Assembly: GCA_026395055.1 (NCBI GenBank)
Contig: JAPLZK010000004.1
Location: 273,891-337,890 of the forward strand
Origin: Candidatus Uhrbacteria bacterium
GTDB taxonomy: Bacteria > Patescibacteriota > Patescibacteriia > UBA9934 > GWF2-40-263
DNA: 64,000 nt
Direction: 5' to 3'
Position 1 is the first letter of the stretch. Each line of letters begins with the position of its first letter. This document shows positions 54,601-64,000 of the stretch, one piece after another. The translations under genes and the position numbers were made by a program. The notes beneath the pieces were generated by a model. It was not told where the DNA came from. It saw nothing but the letters and a program-made list of their open reading frames with translations, and ran no database searches.

Positions 54601-57600
54601 GCGACGGTGTATGTTCGATTGCGTTCCTCGGATACGCTCGCAACAAGCACATTCACGACTTCATCTGCATTCGAGATCGACACGACTCTTCCTGTTGTCT
54701 CGAGTGTTTCCGCTTCACAAAATTCCGGTGCGCGAATGGTGACGGTTACCTATACATTAACCGATGCGAATAATTCGCTCGTCGATATTGGTATATCAAA
54801 TGACGGCGGATCGACTTGGGCTGTTGCAACAACCACAGCGAGTGGTCACATTGGATCTGGTGTCACACCAGGATCAAAAACAATCACTTGGAATGCAGGA
54901 ACGGATTTTAATACGCAATACAACACAAGCATGCAAGTGCGCGTGCGCGCACGAGATACATTTGGCAATCAAGGAGTTTACGCCTCAACGAGCAGCTTTA
55001 CCGTCGACACACATGCTCCGTCTGTTGCAAACGTAACAGCGGTTCAAGATTCTGGCGCGGACACATTCACATTTCATTACGATGTAAGTGAAGATGCGGG
55101 AAACGTCATGGTTGGTCTTGAAGTCTCGAATGATGGTGGTTCAACATGGGCCACGCCCGTTACGAGTGCGGCGGGAGATATAGGAAGTGGCATCTCGAGC
55201 GGAACAGGAAAAACAATTACCTGGAATGCGGGAACAGATTATAATGGTCACGAAAAAACAACCATGAAGATTCGTGTGACCGCAACAGATGCGTATTCGA
55301 ACACCTCAAATACAAGCTCATCGAACTTCGATCTTGACTCACTTGCTCCACGCGTGACAAGTGTTGCGGCTGTACAAATACTGGGTACAACGAATGTTTC
55401 CATTACGTATACGCTCGCAGATCAAAATAGCTCCCTTGTCGAGATGGATATTTCGAATGACGCAGGTTCAACGTGGACCGTAACGAATACATCGGTCACG
55501 GGAGATATCGGAAGTAGTATTTCGAGTGGAAGTAAAACAATCACCTGGAACGCGGGAGCGGATTACGATGAGCATGCGCAAGCAAACATGCGTGTTCGCG
55601 TGCGTGCGAAAGATATCTTCAATCATCAAAGCGCAAACACGCAATCTGTCAATTACGCACTCGATACGTTGAATCCAGCAACAAATGTAATAGTGGATTT
55701 GCAAGCACAACCAAACGCGGGTGCAACAACTGTTTCCGTCGGCGGATCATTTACAGAAACAAATCCAAACACAAATGATTTTTATGTGGCGATCGACGGA
55801 GGAGATTATGGATCTGTATCTGCAGGAGATACGAATACGGCGTCCCCCTCCAATCATGCAACCTCTGTTGGGGGAACGCTCGACGGAAATGATTACATCT
55901 CAAAGGTGAAGATGGTACACGCGGATGATTATGGACAATCCGTAACAAACGAAAACACTTCGCCTTCTTTTCAATATGTAAAGCCATACACACCTGCAAC
56001 ACCAACCGTTTCTAATCCAACACACGGAACCGTTGATGTCACGGTCACAAAAAATGCGCTTGAAACAGATGGCCTTGAGTACGCAATTTTCGAGACGACA
56101 CAAAATACATATGTCCAAGCAGATGGATCTCTCGACGCAGGTGCGGTTTGGCGCACAACCACGGCATGGGGAACGGAAACGGTACATGGACTTACAAATG
56201 CTTCTTACACCTATCAATTCAAAGTAAAATCACGCAATACCTCTGACGGATTACACGCAGCCTCAAGCGAAAGTGCGCTTTCTGGTGGCGCGTCTTCCGC
56301 AAATCAATCGCCTTCCATTGCGTTGAATACGGTTGCCGAGACCATGGATGCAACAAAGTATGTCACGATCGCCTATACCGGTTCAGATCTCGAGAGTGAA
56401 TCTTCAGCTATTATCACGGCTCAATACTCTCGAGACAACGCGGCGTGGCACACGATGACAGAAAAGTCTGGAGTTGGATCAGATGGAACAACCGGACTCG
56501 CGTTTGCGTATATGGGAACGTCGCATCATTTCATGTGGGACGTTGGAACGGACCTTGCAAATACAGAGGACACAACAACGTATATTCGTCTGCAAGCAAA
56601 TGATGGAACATCAAGTGGATCTGTCGTGACATCGGATGCATTCACGATTGATACAAAGAATCCTGTTGTCTCGAGTGTGGCAGCTGTACAACAAGGCGGA
56701 TCAAACAATGTTATTTTCACCTACACATTAACCGATGCATCTTCAAGTTCGGTTGCACTTGATGTTTCAGATGATGCAGGACTCACGTGGGTGGTTGCAC
56801 AGACAACAACCACAGGGGATGTTGGAGCAAATATTTCCGCAGGCTCGGGAAAATCTATTACTTGGAATCCCGGTGTTGATTTCAGCGGACAAGAACAATC
56901 GGATTTGCGTGTGCGCATTCGGGCAACAGATGATTTTGGAAACGCGGGAGCAAATGCGTCATCTGCAAACTTTACGATCGACACAGAATCACCTCGTATT
57001 TCAAACGTAACAGCCTCACAAGATAGTGGATTAAATACTGTTACGATCCATTACGATATTGCGGATGCAAACACATCGGATGTTGCGATGGATATTTCGG
57101 AAGATAATGGATTAACATGGGGAGTTGCAAAGACGACACTTGCTGGCGCGATCGGCAGCGGCATCTCGACTGGCACAAACAAAACGGTTACATGGAATGC
57201 GGCCACGGATTTTCCAAATCGTGAACAATCCGGAATGATGATTCGTGTTCATGCAACAGATACACATAACAACTTGAGCGGAGACGTTTCTTCCTCTTCA
57301 TTTGGTGTCGACACGCTCGCGCCCGTTATCTCGAACGTTGTTGCTTCACAAACACTCGGATCAAACAATGTAGTCTTCACCTACGATCTATCGGATAGTG
57401 GATCGGTGAACGTTGCACTCGACATCTCGAGTAACAGCGGTTCAACATGGGTTGTGATAGATACATCTGTTACAGGAGCTGTTGGGGCAGGGCAGACAAC
57501 AGGTACATCAAAAACAATCACATGGAACGCAGGAACAGATGCATCAAACACAGATCTTTCCACCATGCGGGTTCGTGTTCGCGGAACAGACGGATTCAAT

Positions 57601-60600
57601 AATGCAAGTTCGAATGTTGAATCATCAGACTTTTTGCTCGATACAAAATCTCCTGTTGTGTTAACCGTGGCAGATTTGGTTTCACAGCCCGTTGCGGGAA
57701 GTTCTGCCGCAACCGTGATCGGATCATTTACAGAAACAAACCCAAACACAAATGATTTCTATGTTGCGATTGATGGCGGAGCCTATAGTCCTGTTTCTGG
57801 TGGAGATGTAAATACGGCATCACCTTCAGGTCACGTCACGCCAATAGGTGCAACGCTTGATGGAAATGATTACATCTCAAAAGTTAAGATTGTTCACACG
57901 GATGATTATGGTCATAGTGTGACAAGTGAGAATACAACGCCTTCCATATCATTTAAATACGTAAAGCCGTACACGCCACAAGCTCCAGGCGTCACGAATC
58001 CACACAACACGACTGTTGATCTCGTTTCCGTGCCAAATGCCGCAGAAACTTCCGGACTTGAGTACGCGATTTACGAAACATCTACATCCAAGTTCGTTCA
58101 AGCAGATGGATCTCTGAGTACGGGTGCTGTATGGCGTACATCCGTTGCATGGGGAACAACAACGGTAACAGGACTTTCCTCGCCCGTTGCGCACTATCAC
58201 TTTGAAGAAAAATCTCGTAACACATCTGATGCGGCACACGCCGTGTCGAGTGAAAGTGATCTGTCTGCCTCAGGATCAATCACAAACTCCGCACCGGTTG
58301 TTTCTATCACGAGTGCTTCACAACAAACTGCATCCAACTACGCATTGATTCAGTACACAGGAACAGATGCGCAGAATGATACAAACAGTCTGACAACATT
58401 TGAGTATTCCACAGACAATTCTGCGTGGCATACCATGACAGAAAAAGCAGGAGTGGGTTCTGATGGAACATCTGGTCTCATCTTTGCTTCTGCGGGAACG
58501 GCTTATACATTTGCTTGGGATATTGCGACAGATCTTCCAAACACAGGAGATCCAACGGTATACGTTCGATTGCAATCAAGTGACACGCTTGCAAGTAGTA
58601 ACATGGAAGCATCTTCTGCGTTTGCCATCGATACGCTCGGTCCGGTTATTTCAAACATTCTTACGAGCCAAATACCAGGAACAAATCTTCTCACGTTTAC
58701 GTACGATTTGGCTGACAGCACTGCGGCAAACAACACCGTTTCGTTGCTGATCTCCTCGGACAGCGGACTGACATGGTCTGTTCCAACAACAACCCTTGTG
58801 GGTGATGTTGGTTCCTCAGTCTCTGCAGGACTTTCTCGAACCGTCACATGGAATGCGGGAACAGATTTCAACAATCAGGAACATTCAACCATGCGTATTC
58901 AGATTCAGGGAACAGATGTGTATGGAAATGCAGGGTCTGCGGTAAGTTCATCAAATTTTACCGTGGATACAAAGGGAGCAGTTGTTTCTGGCGTGACCGC
59001 TGCGCAAGTTGATGGATCAAATACTATCCAAGTGGATTACACATTGAGCGATCTTTCTTCTGGTGGACTTCTTGTAGAGTTCAGTGCGTCGTCGGATAAC
59101 GGATCAACATGGACCGTTCCGGTAAACACGTACACAGGTGAAATGGGAGCCGGACAAACAACAGGAACAAAACAATTTATCTGGAACGCGGGAGTAGATT
59201 TTGCGAACGAAGCACATGCAAACATGAAGGTGCGCGTTCGTGCACTCGACTATTACGGCGATCAAGGTGGATTCACTTCTTCCTCCGCATTTGCTCTTGA
59301 TACAAAAGCTTCCGTTGTCTCGAATGTAACCGCTTCACAAAACAGTGGAGCGCGAACGGTCGCGATCTCGTACGATCTTGCGGATGACACATCTTCCAAT
59401 CTCACAACCGAATTACAAATTTCAGAAGACAACGGAATCAGTTGGACAGTCATTCAGAGTTCTGTAACCGGTGCTGTTGGATCTGGAATCTCAACCGGTT
59501 CTGGAAAAACTATCACATGGGACGCGGGAACAGATTTCAATGGTCAGTTCCAATCAGATATGAAGGTCAGAGTACGTGCGATGGATCGATTCATAAATCA
59601 AGGTGATTATGCCGCATCATCTGCATTCACGGTTGATACAGCGAATCCAGTTGTTTCGAACGTCACAGCTTCGCAAAATACAGGATCAGATCTCGTGACG
59701 ATGCACTATGATCTTGCAGATGGAAGCTCAACGAATCTTACGATAGCTCTTGAGATTTCCTCTGACGGCGGATCAACATGGATCGTCCCAACAACTTCGG
59801 CAACAGGTCATGTTGGATCTGGAATCTCGACCGGTACAGCAAAGACCATCACATGGAATGCGGGAACAGATTTCAATAATCAAGAAATTTCCAATCTGCG
59901 TGTTCAGGTGAAAGCAACTGATCGATTTACAAATGCAGGAAGCTTTGTAAGCTCATCAAATGTAGCGATCGATACAAAAGCTCCGATTACTCTCGCAACC
60001 ACAGATTTGAGTGCGCAACCAAATGCGGGTGATACATTCGTCCTTGTCAGTGGAAGTTTCACAGAATCGCATCCAGACACAAATGACGTCTCGGTTGCGA
60101 TTGATGGAGGAGCATATTACTTACCGTCTGGACTAGACGGAACAGCAAGCGTGACAAACCAAGGTGTTGGAACGGGCGCAACTCTTCGCGGAAACGATTA
60201 CATCTCCAAAGCAAAAATTGTTCACACAGATGTGTTTAATCATGGTGGAACAAATGAGAACACAGCGCTCTCTGCTGCGTTTAAATACGTGAAGCCATAT
60301 ACACCACAACCGTTAACTGTCGAGAATGCGACCGCAAACTCGGTTGATGTAACCGTGAATAAGAATCCGGCGGAAGTTTCCGGACTCGAGTATGCGATCT
60401 TTGAATCGACGACCTCGAAGTACGTCCAAGCAGATGGATCTCTTAATACGAGTGCCGTGTGGCAAACAGGAGCGGTCTGGTCAACGAAAACGGTGAGTGG
60501 ACTTAGTTCTCCGGTTTCAAATTACCTATTTAAGGCAAAATCACGTAATTCTGCGGATGCAGGTCATGCCATCTCGAGTGAAAGCGCTCTTTCATCTGGC

Positions 60601-63600
60601 GCATCTATTGCAGCAACAGCGCCAAGCATTGTGCTGAATTCGTACGGACAAAGTGCCGGAAATGATTACGTTCTCATCAACTACACAGGAATTGATGCGC
60701 AAAATGATATATCGCATCTTGCCACAATGGAGTTTTCTCCAAACAACACAAACTGGTTTCCGATGACAGAAAAAGCGGGAGTGGGAAGTAGTGGAACAAC
60801 CGGACTTGCATTTACTTCATCCGGAGCCGCCTTCGTCTTCGCTTGGGACGCAGCAACAGATCTTTCGCAAGTTGAAGGAGATGTGTATGTCCGACTTGTC
60901 GCAAATGACGGAGCACAAGATGGAGACATTGCCACAAGTTCATCGTTCCCCCTCGATTTGAAAGCTCCGGTCGTCTCGAATGTAAGCGCTTCTCAAAGTG
61001 GACACAACGTGACGGTCACGTATGACGTAGCAGACGTCACTTCAAGTATCGCGGTTGATTTAGAAGTATCTTCTGATAACGGATCAACGTGGACGGTATC
61101 GACTCCATCGGCAACAGGAGCTGTTGGAAGCGGTCAGACAACAGGGGTTGGAAAAACAATTGTCTGGAATGCGGATGTAGATTTTGATGGACAGTTCCAA
61201 TCTGATATGAAGATTCGTGTGCGTGCAACGGACAGCTTCCATCATGAAGGTTCGTTTGCAGAGTCATCTGCATTCACGCTCGACACTGCAAATCCAGTTG
61301 TCTCGAACGTCACGGCTTCACAGCTCCCTTCAAGCGACACTGTGTCCGTCACGTATGATCTTTCCGATGATACGGGAACAGGATTGAATGTCGTGTTCGA
61401 AGTATCGAGTGATAATGGATTAACCTGGACCGTTCCAACAACTTCCGCAACGGGCGCATTTGGATCCGGACAAACAGCGGAGGTTGCAAAAACCATTTCC
61501 TGGAATGCGGGAGCCGATTTCAATCATCACTATTCAACAGGAATGATGGTTCGCGTGCGTGCGACCGATTCGTTCGCGAATGAAGGATTGTACGGAGCAT
61601 CTTCTGCGTTCACCGTCGACACAAACACACCAAGTGTTTCAACTGTCACAGCTGTTCAAAATGCTGGTTCTACAAACGTAAACATTGCGTACGATGCATC
61701 AGATGACACTTCGAATGGACTTACAGTTGCTCTCGAAGTATCGGATGATAATGGATCAACTTGGACGGTGGGAACAACATCTGCAAGTGGATCGGTTGGA
61801 AACGGACAGTCTGTGGGGACAGGAAAAGCCATTGCATGGAACGCAAAACTCGACTTTACAGATCAGTTTAAGTCAGACATGAAGGCGCGTGTACGTGTGA
61901 CGGATGCGTATGGACATGTTCAAACATCGAGCGCATCTTCTGCATTCGGTCTTGATACAACAGATCCGGTCATCTCAAATCTCTCTGTTGCACAAACAGC
62001 AGGATCGAATAATGTAACAATCGGATATGATCTTTCCGATGATACGGCAACAAATCTAGCAATTGCCTTGCAAATCTCAAGTGATGGTGGTTCTACCTGG
62101 ACGGTCACTACAACTTCCGCGACAGGATCTGTCGGAAGTGGGTTCTCGAGTGGTGCAGGAAAAATCATTACATGGGATGCGGGAACAGATTTCGCAAATC
62201 AAGAAGTCTCAAATATGCGTGCACGACTTGTTGGAACGGATGCGTTCTCAAATACAAGTGTGAACACAGATTCAACAAATGTGCTTGTTGATACAAAAGA
62301 CCCTGTTGGTCTTTCAAGTCTGACAAACTTCCTCAACACAAGCACAGCAATTACACTTCACTGGAATTCCGCGAGTGATTTAACTTTTGATCATTACGAA
62401 CTCTGGTTTGGTGAAAATGAGATAGACGTGACGAATCGAACGGGTGCGGCACACAGCTGGGCCGTTTCAGATGATGCAATACTTGCAAACGCACTCACGT
62501 CGTCAACAACGATCGCAGGACTCACGATTACTTCGGATGTCTTTGTCAGAATCTTTGCGGTTGATGCGTATGGACATGTGGTGACAACAGGTGATGTACG
62601 CGTTTCACCTCCAGCCCCACCGGTTCCAATAACGATCGCGGGTGGAGGTGGTGGTAACGGTGGATGTTCTGGAGTTGGATGTGCGCCCGTCCTTCCAACA
62701 CTTCCAGACACGATTCCGCCGACAACTCCAATCGTTTCTACACTTCCATCAACAATGAACGATAAGGCCGTTCTTATAAGCGGACTCGCAGAACAGAGTT
62801 CCATAATTGATCTGTATGATCACGGAACATTGATTCGTCGATTGGCGAATAAAACAACGGCAGACGGGGTGTTTGCAGAAACAATCACGTTTGATGAGGG
62901 AGCGCACGTTCTAACGGTGAAAGCAACAGATGCAGTAGGGAATACGAGTGGATTCTCGGATGCTGTGGCATTTACCGTTGACTTAATGCCTCCTGTGAGT
63001 GTAACGACGCCTGTTATAACAACACCCACAGAAACAGTGGTCGTTTCTCCGCCCGTATCCATTCCGCCACCTGTTCTTGGGCCAACGCTCCTTCCGGCGA
63101 TAACGCCTTCCGCCGCAGCGATTCAGCAGGTTGTGGGTGCGGTCGAGCTTCCAGGACTTCAAGCGCCTGAAATTACGAACGCCGTTGCAACAACAGCCGT
63201 CGCCGTGCCTGCCGCCGGAGTTGCAAATGCTGTTACAGGAACAACGTTCCGATTCAGCGGAACAACCATTCCAAATGCACGCGTAGCCGTTTATCTTCAC
63301 AGTACACAAGCGCTTGTGTATCAAACAACGTCAGACGTAAAAGGTGTGTGGACTCTGGATCATTCACAACAACGTGCTGAGCTTGCAGAAGGGGATCACT
63401 CCATTTACGCCGTAACCATTGATCCAAACGCAAACGTAAAGAGTCACGCAAGTCCAATTCGTATGTTTACCGTGAAAAAGGATTGGCTTGCAGATTTATT
63501 CCAATATCTCAATTTACACACAACGCTTATTACGTTAGGAATATTAATGGTATCCGTTCTTTGGCTCTTTCGCTTAAAGAAAAAAGGGGTAGAACAGGTT

Positions 63601-63603
63601 TAA
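51655..63603 (+). CDS. Giant surface/adhesin-like protein (3982 aa) with hierarchical tandem repeats and C-terminal TM anchor
   Basis: Uninterrupted 11.9-kb ORF with an N-terminal signal-anchor. There are four super-repeats of about 660-775 aa (starting near 53685, 55665, 57645 and 59970). Each contains a QPNAGD...FYVAIDGG module, a SGLEYAI...FKVKSRN module, an EYS.DN..WH.MTEK.GVGS module and several ~100-aa Ig-like PVVSNVTASQ...TW.V...KTITWNAG.DF...MKVRVRA modules. A Pro-rich linker and C-terminal TM follow. Confidence 0.8.
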   Translation: MNRSWLNFYLRCSGFVFNLKQKVVQSENWIVILPSAILLIGSECVLSLTSLPLFLLVSPDSVQESGLFFPKKLKDKSAYQSFMVRRKISLFTAGGAGGIYILKLLIVGIVSAYLLGATPLLAAIQNWDLSTAGNYTYDSAKVEVTGGVARLKDLGSSASGSTANSNFTSNSTGWTYVPNWIHGGGGSNSGNYHAASGNPGGYIDLDEDAQKSKTEASYWYQSFATTVNSPDTATISLDWASLTVGTLASTYKIYVFIDTTSGNPTVGQEVWSSPEITSTTPWASVAPISITAKVPTAGMYYLKIASRISRTASGSLREHNVTGWDNVIVNWSKTTHSYDTSSPTITPTTSLTLTGTKSWNHFTETSTLNGGSINYQLSSDDGVTWQYWNGSAWATAGGSNDNAATVVDAHIATFTKATNKIKWKAFLTSSGTQQVILDNVAVDYTDNALPVISSVSPAQSISTGRVVIPYTLTDADSDPATLSTYEYSLTGAFTGEQVTMTAATGDPSHSGISGLTSSPGGTAHTFVWDAFSQLGAVYNTTVYVRLRANDGVGNSSYAASSVFTVDYVNPVVSSVTAAQTLGSTNVSITYTLADNTSDNLLVEVQASSDNGVTWTVPITSVTGAVGAGQSTGTGKTITWNAGTDYTSHELSTMKIQVRAKDKYQNQGSYVASSAFALDTRAAAVSAQVNLQAQPNAGDTTALLGGSFTEINPNTNDFYVAIDGGAYGTSTAGTVNTASPANQATAVGSTLSGHDYISNVKIIHTDDFGNVTSNENTLPSTLFKYVKPYTPLAPTLSSPLTTQLNVVVNPNASEASDVEYAINETSTGKFVQANGTLGASAVWQTTAVWGTKIVTGLSSPVANYIFKVKSRNPNDAGHAASSESAYSPTAQISNTAPSITLGSISQTTDGTKYVTINYTGTDVQGDINSLTVYEYSRDNATWHTMTEKSGVGSEGTSNLTFLSGGSSHNFKWDIGTDLAGVEDATVYVRLRSSDTLATSTFTTSSAFEIDTTLPVVSSVSASQNSGARMVTVTYTLTDANNSLVDIGISNDGGSTWAVATTTASGHIGSGVTPGSKTITWNAGTDFNTQYNTSMQVRVRARDTFGNQGVYASTSSFTVDTHAPSVANVTAVQDSGADTFTFHYDVSEDAGNVMVGLEVSNDGGSTWATPVTSAAGDIGSGISSGTGKTITWNAGTDYNGHEKTTMKIRVTATDAYSNTSNTSSSNFDLDSLAPRVTSVAAVQILGTTNVSITYTLADQNSSLVEMDISNDAGSTWTVTNTSVTGDIGSSISSGSKTITWNAGADYDEHAQANMRVRVRAKDIFNHQSANTQSVNYALDTLNPATNVIVDLQAQPNAGATTVSVGGSFTETNPNTNDFYVAIDGGDYGSVSAGDTNTASPSNHATSVGGTLDGNDYISKVKMVHADDYGQSVTNENTSPSFQYVKPYTPATPTVSNPTHGTVDVTVTKNALETDGLEYAIFETTQNTYVQADGSLDAGAVWRTTTAWGTETVHGLTNASYTYQFKVKSRNTSDGLHAASSESALSGGASSANQSPSIALNTVAETMDATKYVTIAYTGSDLESESSAIITAQYSRDNAAWHTMTEKSGVGSDGTTGLAFAYMGTSHHFMWDVGTDLANTEDTTTYIRLQANDGTSSGSVVTSDAFTIDTKNPVVSSVAAVQQGGSNNVIFTYTLTDASSSSVALDVSDDAGLTWVVAQTTTTGDVGANISAGSGKSITWNPGVDFSGQEQSDLRVRIRATDDFGNAGANASSANFTIDTESPRISNVTASQDSGLNTVTIHYDIADANTSDVAMDISEDNGLTWGVAKTTLAGAIGSGISTGTNKTVTWNAATDFPNREQSGMMIRVHATDTHNNLSGDVSSSSFGVDTLAPVISNVVASQTLGSNNVVFTYDLSDSGSVNVALDISSNSGSTWVVIDTSVTGAVGAGQTTGTSKTITWNAGTDASNTDLSTMRVRVRGTDGFNNASSNVESSDFLLDTKSPVVLTVADLVSQPVAGSSAATVIGSFTETNPNTNDFYVAIDGGAYSPVSGGDVNTASPSGHVTPIGATLDGNDYISKVKIVHTDDYGHSVTSENTTPSISFKYVKPYTPQAPGVTNPHNTTVDLVSVPNAAETSGLEYAIYETSTSKFVQADGSLSTGAVWRTSVAWGTTTVTGLSSPVAHYHFEEKSRNTSDAAHAVSSESDLSASGSITNSAPVVSITSASQQTASNYALIQYTGTDAQNDTNSLTTFEYSTDNSAWHTMTEKAGVGSDGTSGLIFASAGTAYTFAWDIATDLPNTGDPTVYVRLQSSDTLASSNMEASSAFAIDTLGPVISNILTSQIPGTNLLTFTYDLADSTAANNTVSLLISSDSGLTWSVPTTTLVGDVGSSVSAGLSRTVTWNAGTDFNNQEHSTMRIQIQGTDVYGNAGSAVSSSNFTVDTKGAVVSGVTAAQVDGSNTIQVDYTLSDLSSGGLLVEFSASSDNGSTWTVPVNTYTGEMGAGQTTGTKQFIWNAGVDFANEAHANMKVRVRALDYYGDQGGFTSSSAFALDTKASVVSNVTASQNSGARTVAISYDLADDTSSNLTTELQISEDNGISWTVIQSSVTGAVGSGISTGSGKTITWDAGTDFNGQFQSDMKVRVRAMDRFINQGDYAASSAFTVDTANPVVSNVTASQNTGSDLVTMHYDLADGSSTNLTIALEISSDGGSTWIVPTTSATGHVGSGISTGTAKTITWNAGTDFNNQEISNLRVQVKATDRFTNAGSFVSSSNVAIDTKAPITLATTDLSAQPNAGDTFVLVSGSFTESHPDTNDVSVAIDGGAYYLPSGLDGTASVTNQGVGTGATLRGNDYISKAKIVHTDVFNHGGTNENTALSAAFKYVKPYTPQPLTVENATANSVDVTVNKNPAEVSGLEYAIFESTTSKYVQADGSLNTSAVWQTGAVWSTKTVSGLSSPVSNYLFKAKSRNSADAGHAISSESALSSGASIAATAPSIVLNSYGQSAGNDYVLINYTGIDAQNDISHLATMEFSPNNTNWFPMTEKAGVGSSGTTGLAFTSSGAAFVFAWDAATDLSQVEGDVYVRLVANDGAQDGDIATSSSFPLDLKAPVVSNVSASQSGHNVTVTYDVADVTSSIAVDLEVSSDNGSTWTVSTPSATGAVGSGQTTGVGKTIVWNADVDFDGQFQSDMKIRVRATDSFHHEGSFAESSAFTLDTANPVVSNVTASQLPSSDTVSVTYDLSDDTGTGLNVVFEVSSDNGLTWTVPTTSATGAFGSGQTAEVAKTISWNAGADFNHHYSTGMMVRVRATDSFANEGLYGASSAFTVDTNTPSVSTVTAVQNAGSTNVNIAYDASDDTSNGLTVALEVSDDNGSTWTVGTTSASGSVGNGQSVGTGKAIAWNAKLDFTDQFKSDMKARVRVTDAYGHVQTSSASSAFGLDTTDPVISNLSVAQTAGSNNVTIGYDLSDDTATNLAIALQISSDGGSTWTVTTTSATGSVGSGFSSGAGKIITWDAGTDFANQEVSNMRARLVGTDAFSNTSVNTDSTNVLVDTKDPVGLSSLTNFLNTSTAITLHWNSASDLTFDHYELWFGENEIDVTNRTGAAHSWAVSDDAILANALTSSTTIAGLTITSDVFVRIFAVDAYGHVVTTGDVRVSPPAPPVPITIAGGGGGNGGCSGVGCAPVLPTLPDTIPPTTPIVSTLPSTMNDKAVLISGLAEQSSIIDLYDHGTLIRRLANKTTADGVFAETITFDEGAHVLTVKATDAVGNTSGFSDAVAFTVDLMPPVSVTTPVITTPTETVVVSPPVSIPPPVLGPTLLPAITPSAAAIQQVVGAVELPGLQAPEITNAVATTAVAVPAAGVANAVTGTTFRFSGTTIPNARVAVYLHSTQALVYQTTSDVKGVWTLDHSQQRAELAEGDHSIYAVTIDPNANVKSHASPIRMFTVKKDWLADLFQYLNLHTTLITLGILMVSVLWLFRLKKKGVEQV

Positions 63604-63605
63604 GA

Positions 63606-63640
63606 AAAAGATCACAAAAAACCCATTTAGGGTTTTTTGT
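63606..63640 (+). terminator. Rho-independent terminator (AAAAAACCC attta GGGTTTTTTG)
   Basis: Hairpin plus T-run after the giant gene stop. Confidence 0.7.
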
Positions 63641-63836
63641 TATCCACAGATCCTGACGTGTTCTTTTAACAAAAAAATGATATGATCGTTTCGTAATGAT
63701 TCAATTCTTTCTGTCGATGCAGAAAGACTTTATTTATATAATAAAAACTAAAAGAGTCCTTTAATTTGTATTTCATTGCAGGCGATTTTTGTACGAGTCG
63801 ATAACGTATAAGAAAAACGCGGTTATGGAGTAAAAA

Positions 63837-64000
63837 ATGCTTATGAATACCGTTCGATTAGGTTTAAAAAATTTCACCACCGCTCTATTGGCGGTTGCTG
63901 TTGTAGCAAGCATGCTTGTAATCATGCAACCTCAAGCAGCCAATGCAGCTTTGACACTCACGATTAATGTGGCGCCAGGTCCTGCTGTTCCTCGAATTGT
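63837..64000 (+). CDS. Secreted protein, N-terminal fragment (continues beyond the window)
   Basis: GGAG SD 8 nt upstream of the ATG. Signal peptide LLAVAVVASMLVIMQPQAANA. No stop before the window end. Confidence 0.4.
   Translation, partial: MLMNTVRLGLKNFTTALLAVAVVASMLVIMQPQAANAALTLTINVAPGPAVPRI

Noticed and set aside
51678-62804. Dozens of 60-136-aa ORFs on both strands inside the giant gene
   Set aside because: They lie inside a single well-supported giant CDS. They are out-of-frame or antisense shadows of the repeat units.
51655-63603. Tandem ~300-nt and ~2-kb repeats considered as a possible CRISPR array or satellite
   Set aside because: The repeats are long (hundreds of nucleotides), imperfect, and lie within one continuous 11.9-kb reading frame encoding Ig-like modules. 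They are not short repeats separated by unique spacers. No cas genes were seen.

Overview
This 64-kb window looks like a compact bacterial chromosome segment of about 45% GC. Its content suggests a small-genome, possibly CPR/Patescibacteria-like organism; that lineage assignment is inference only. It encodes ribosomal proteins, tRNAs with genomically encoded CCA ends, many glycosyltransferases and a 3982-aa tandem-repeat surface protein.

Recognisable genes include xseA (C-terminal part) and xseB with a GIY-YIG nuclease gene inserted between them. There is an rplJ-rplL pair, a glycopolymer locus (a QxxRW processive GT2, two GT2, a DUF4012 protein, mreB and a GT4), holB, frr, glycine-tRNA ligase, an M16 peptidase and tpiA. 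A tRNA-Thr/Tyr/Thr cluster sits with rpmG and a second GIY-YIG gene. Further genes are a lytic transglycosylase, tRNA-Trp, a gmhB-like phosphatase, EVE and NUDIX proteins, a KamA-family radical SAM enzyme, rtcB, recQ, a rhodanese and an aminotransferase. Two stand-alone receiver-domain genes lie upstream of a roughly 12-kb gene for a giant, hierarchically repeated surface protein.

The most unusual region is a roughly 4.7-kb high-GC island (about 17.8-22.5 kb, roughly 60% GC) with all plausible genes on the minus strand. It has two families of repeated 5' regulatory elements, very small SD-preceded ORFs including one filamentous-phage-coat-like single-TM peptide, and a 1.5-kb ORF-free structured stretch. 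It lies next to a segment whose 5' end strongly resembles tmRNA (ssrA). I interpret it as a candidate integrated phage- or plasmid-like element, possibly at ssrA.

Other notable signals:
- A family of G/C-rich palindromic elements occurs twice in-frame inside CDSs (the GT4 gene and holB).
- Telomere-like GGGATTAGGG G-tracts and an inverted repeat lie upstream of holB.
- About 100-bp structured direct repeats follow two tRNAs and form the 5' end of a GIY-YIG gene.
- A tandem pair of divergent paralogs has a near-identical promoter, leader and terminator.
- A near-identical promoter with a palindromic operator sits upstream of rtcB and of an unrelated gene 5 kb away, both in higher-GC patches.
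- A small paralog shares only the N- and C-termini of the giant protein.

No CRISPR arrays or rRNA genes were found.
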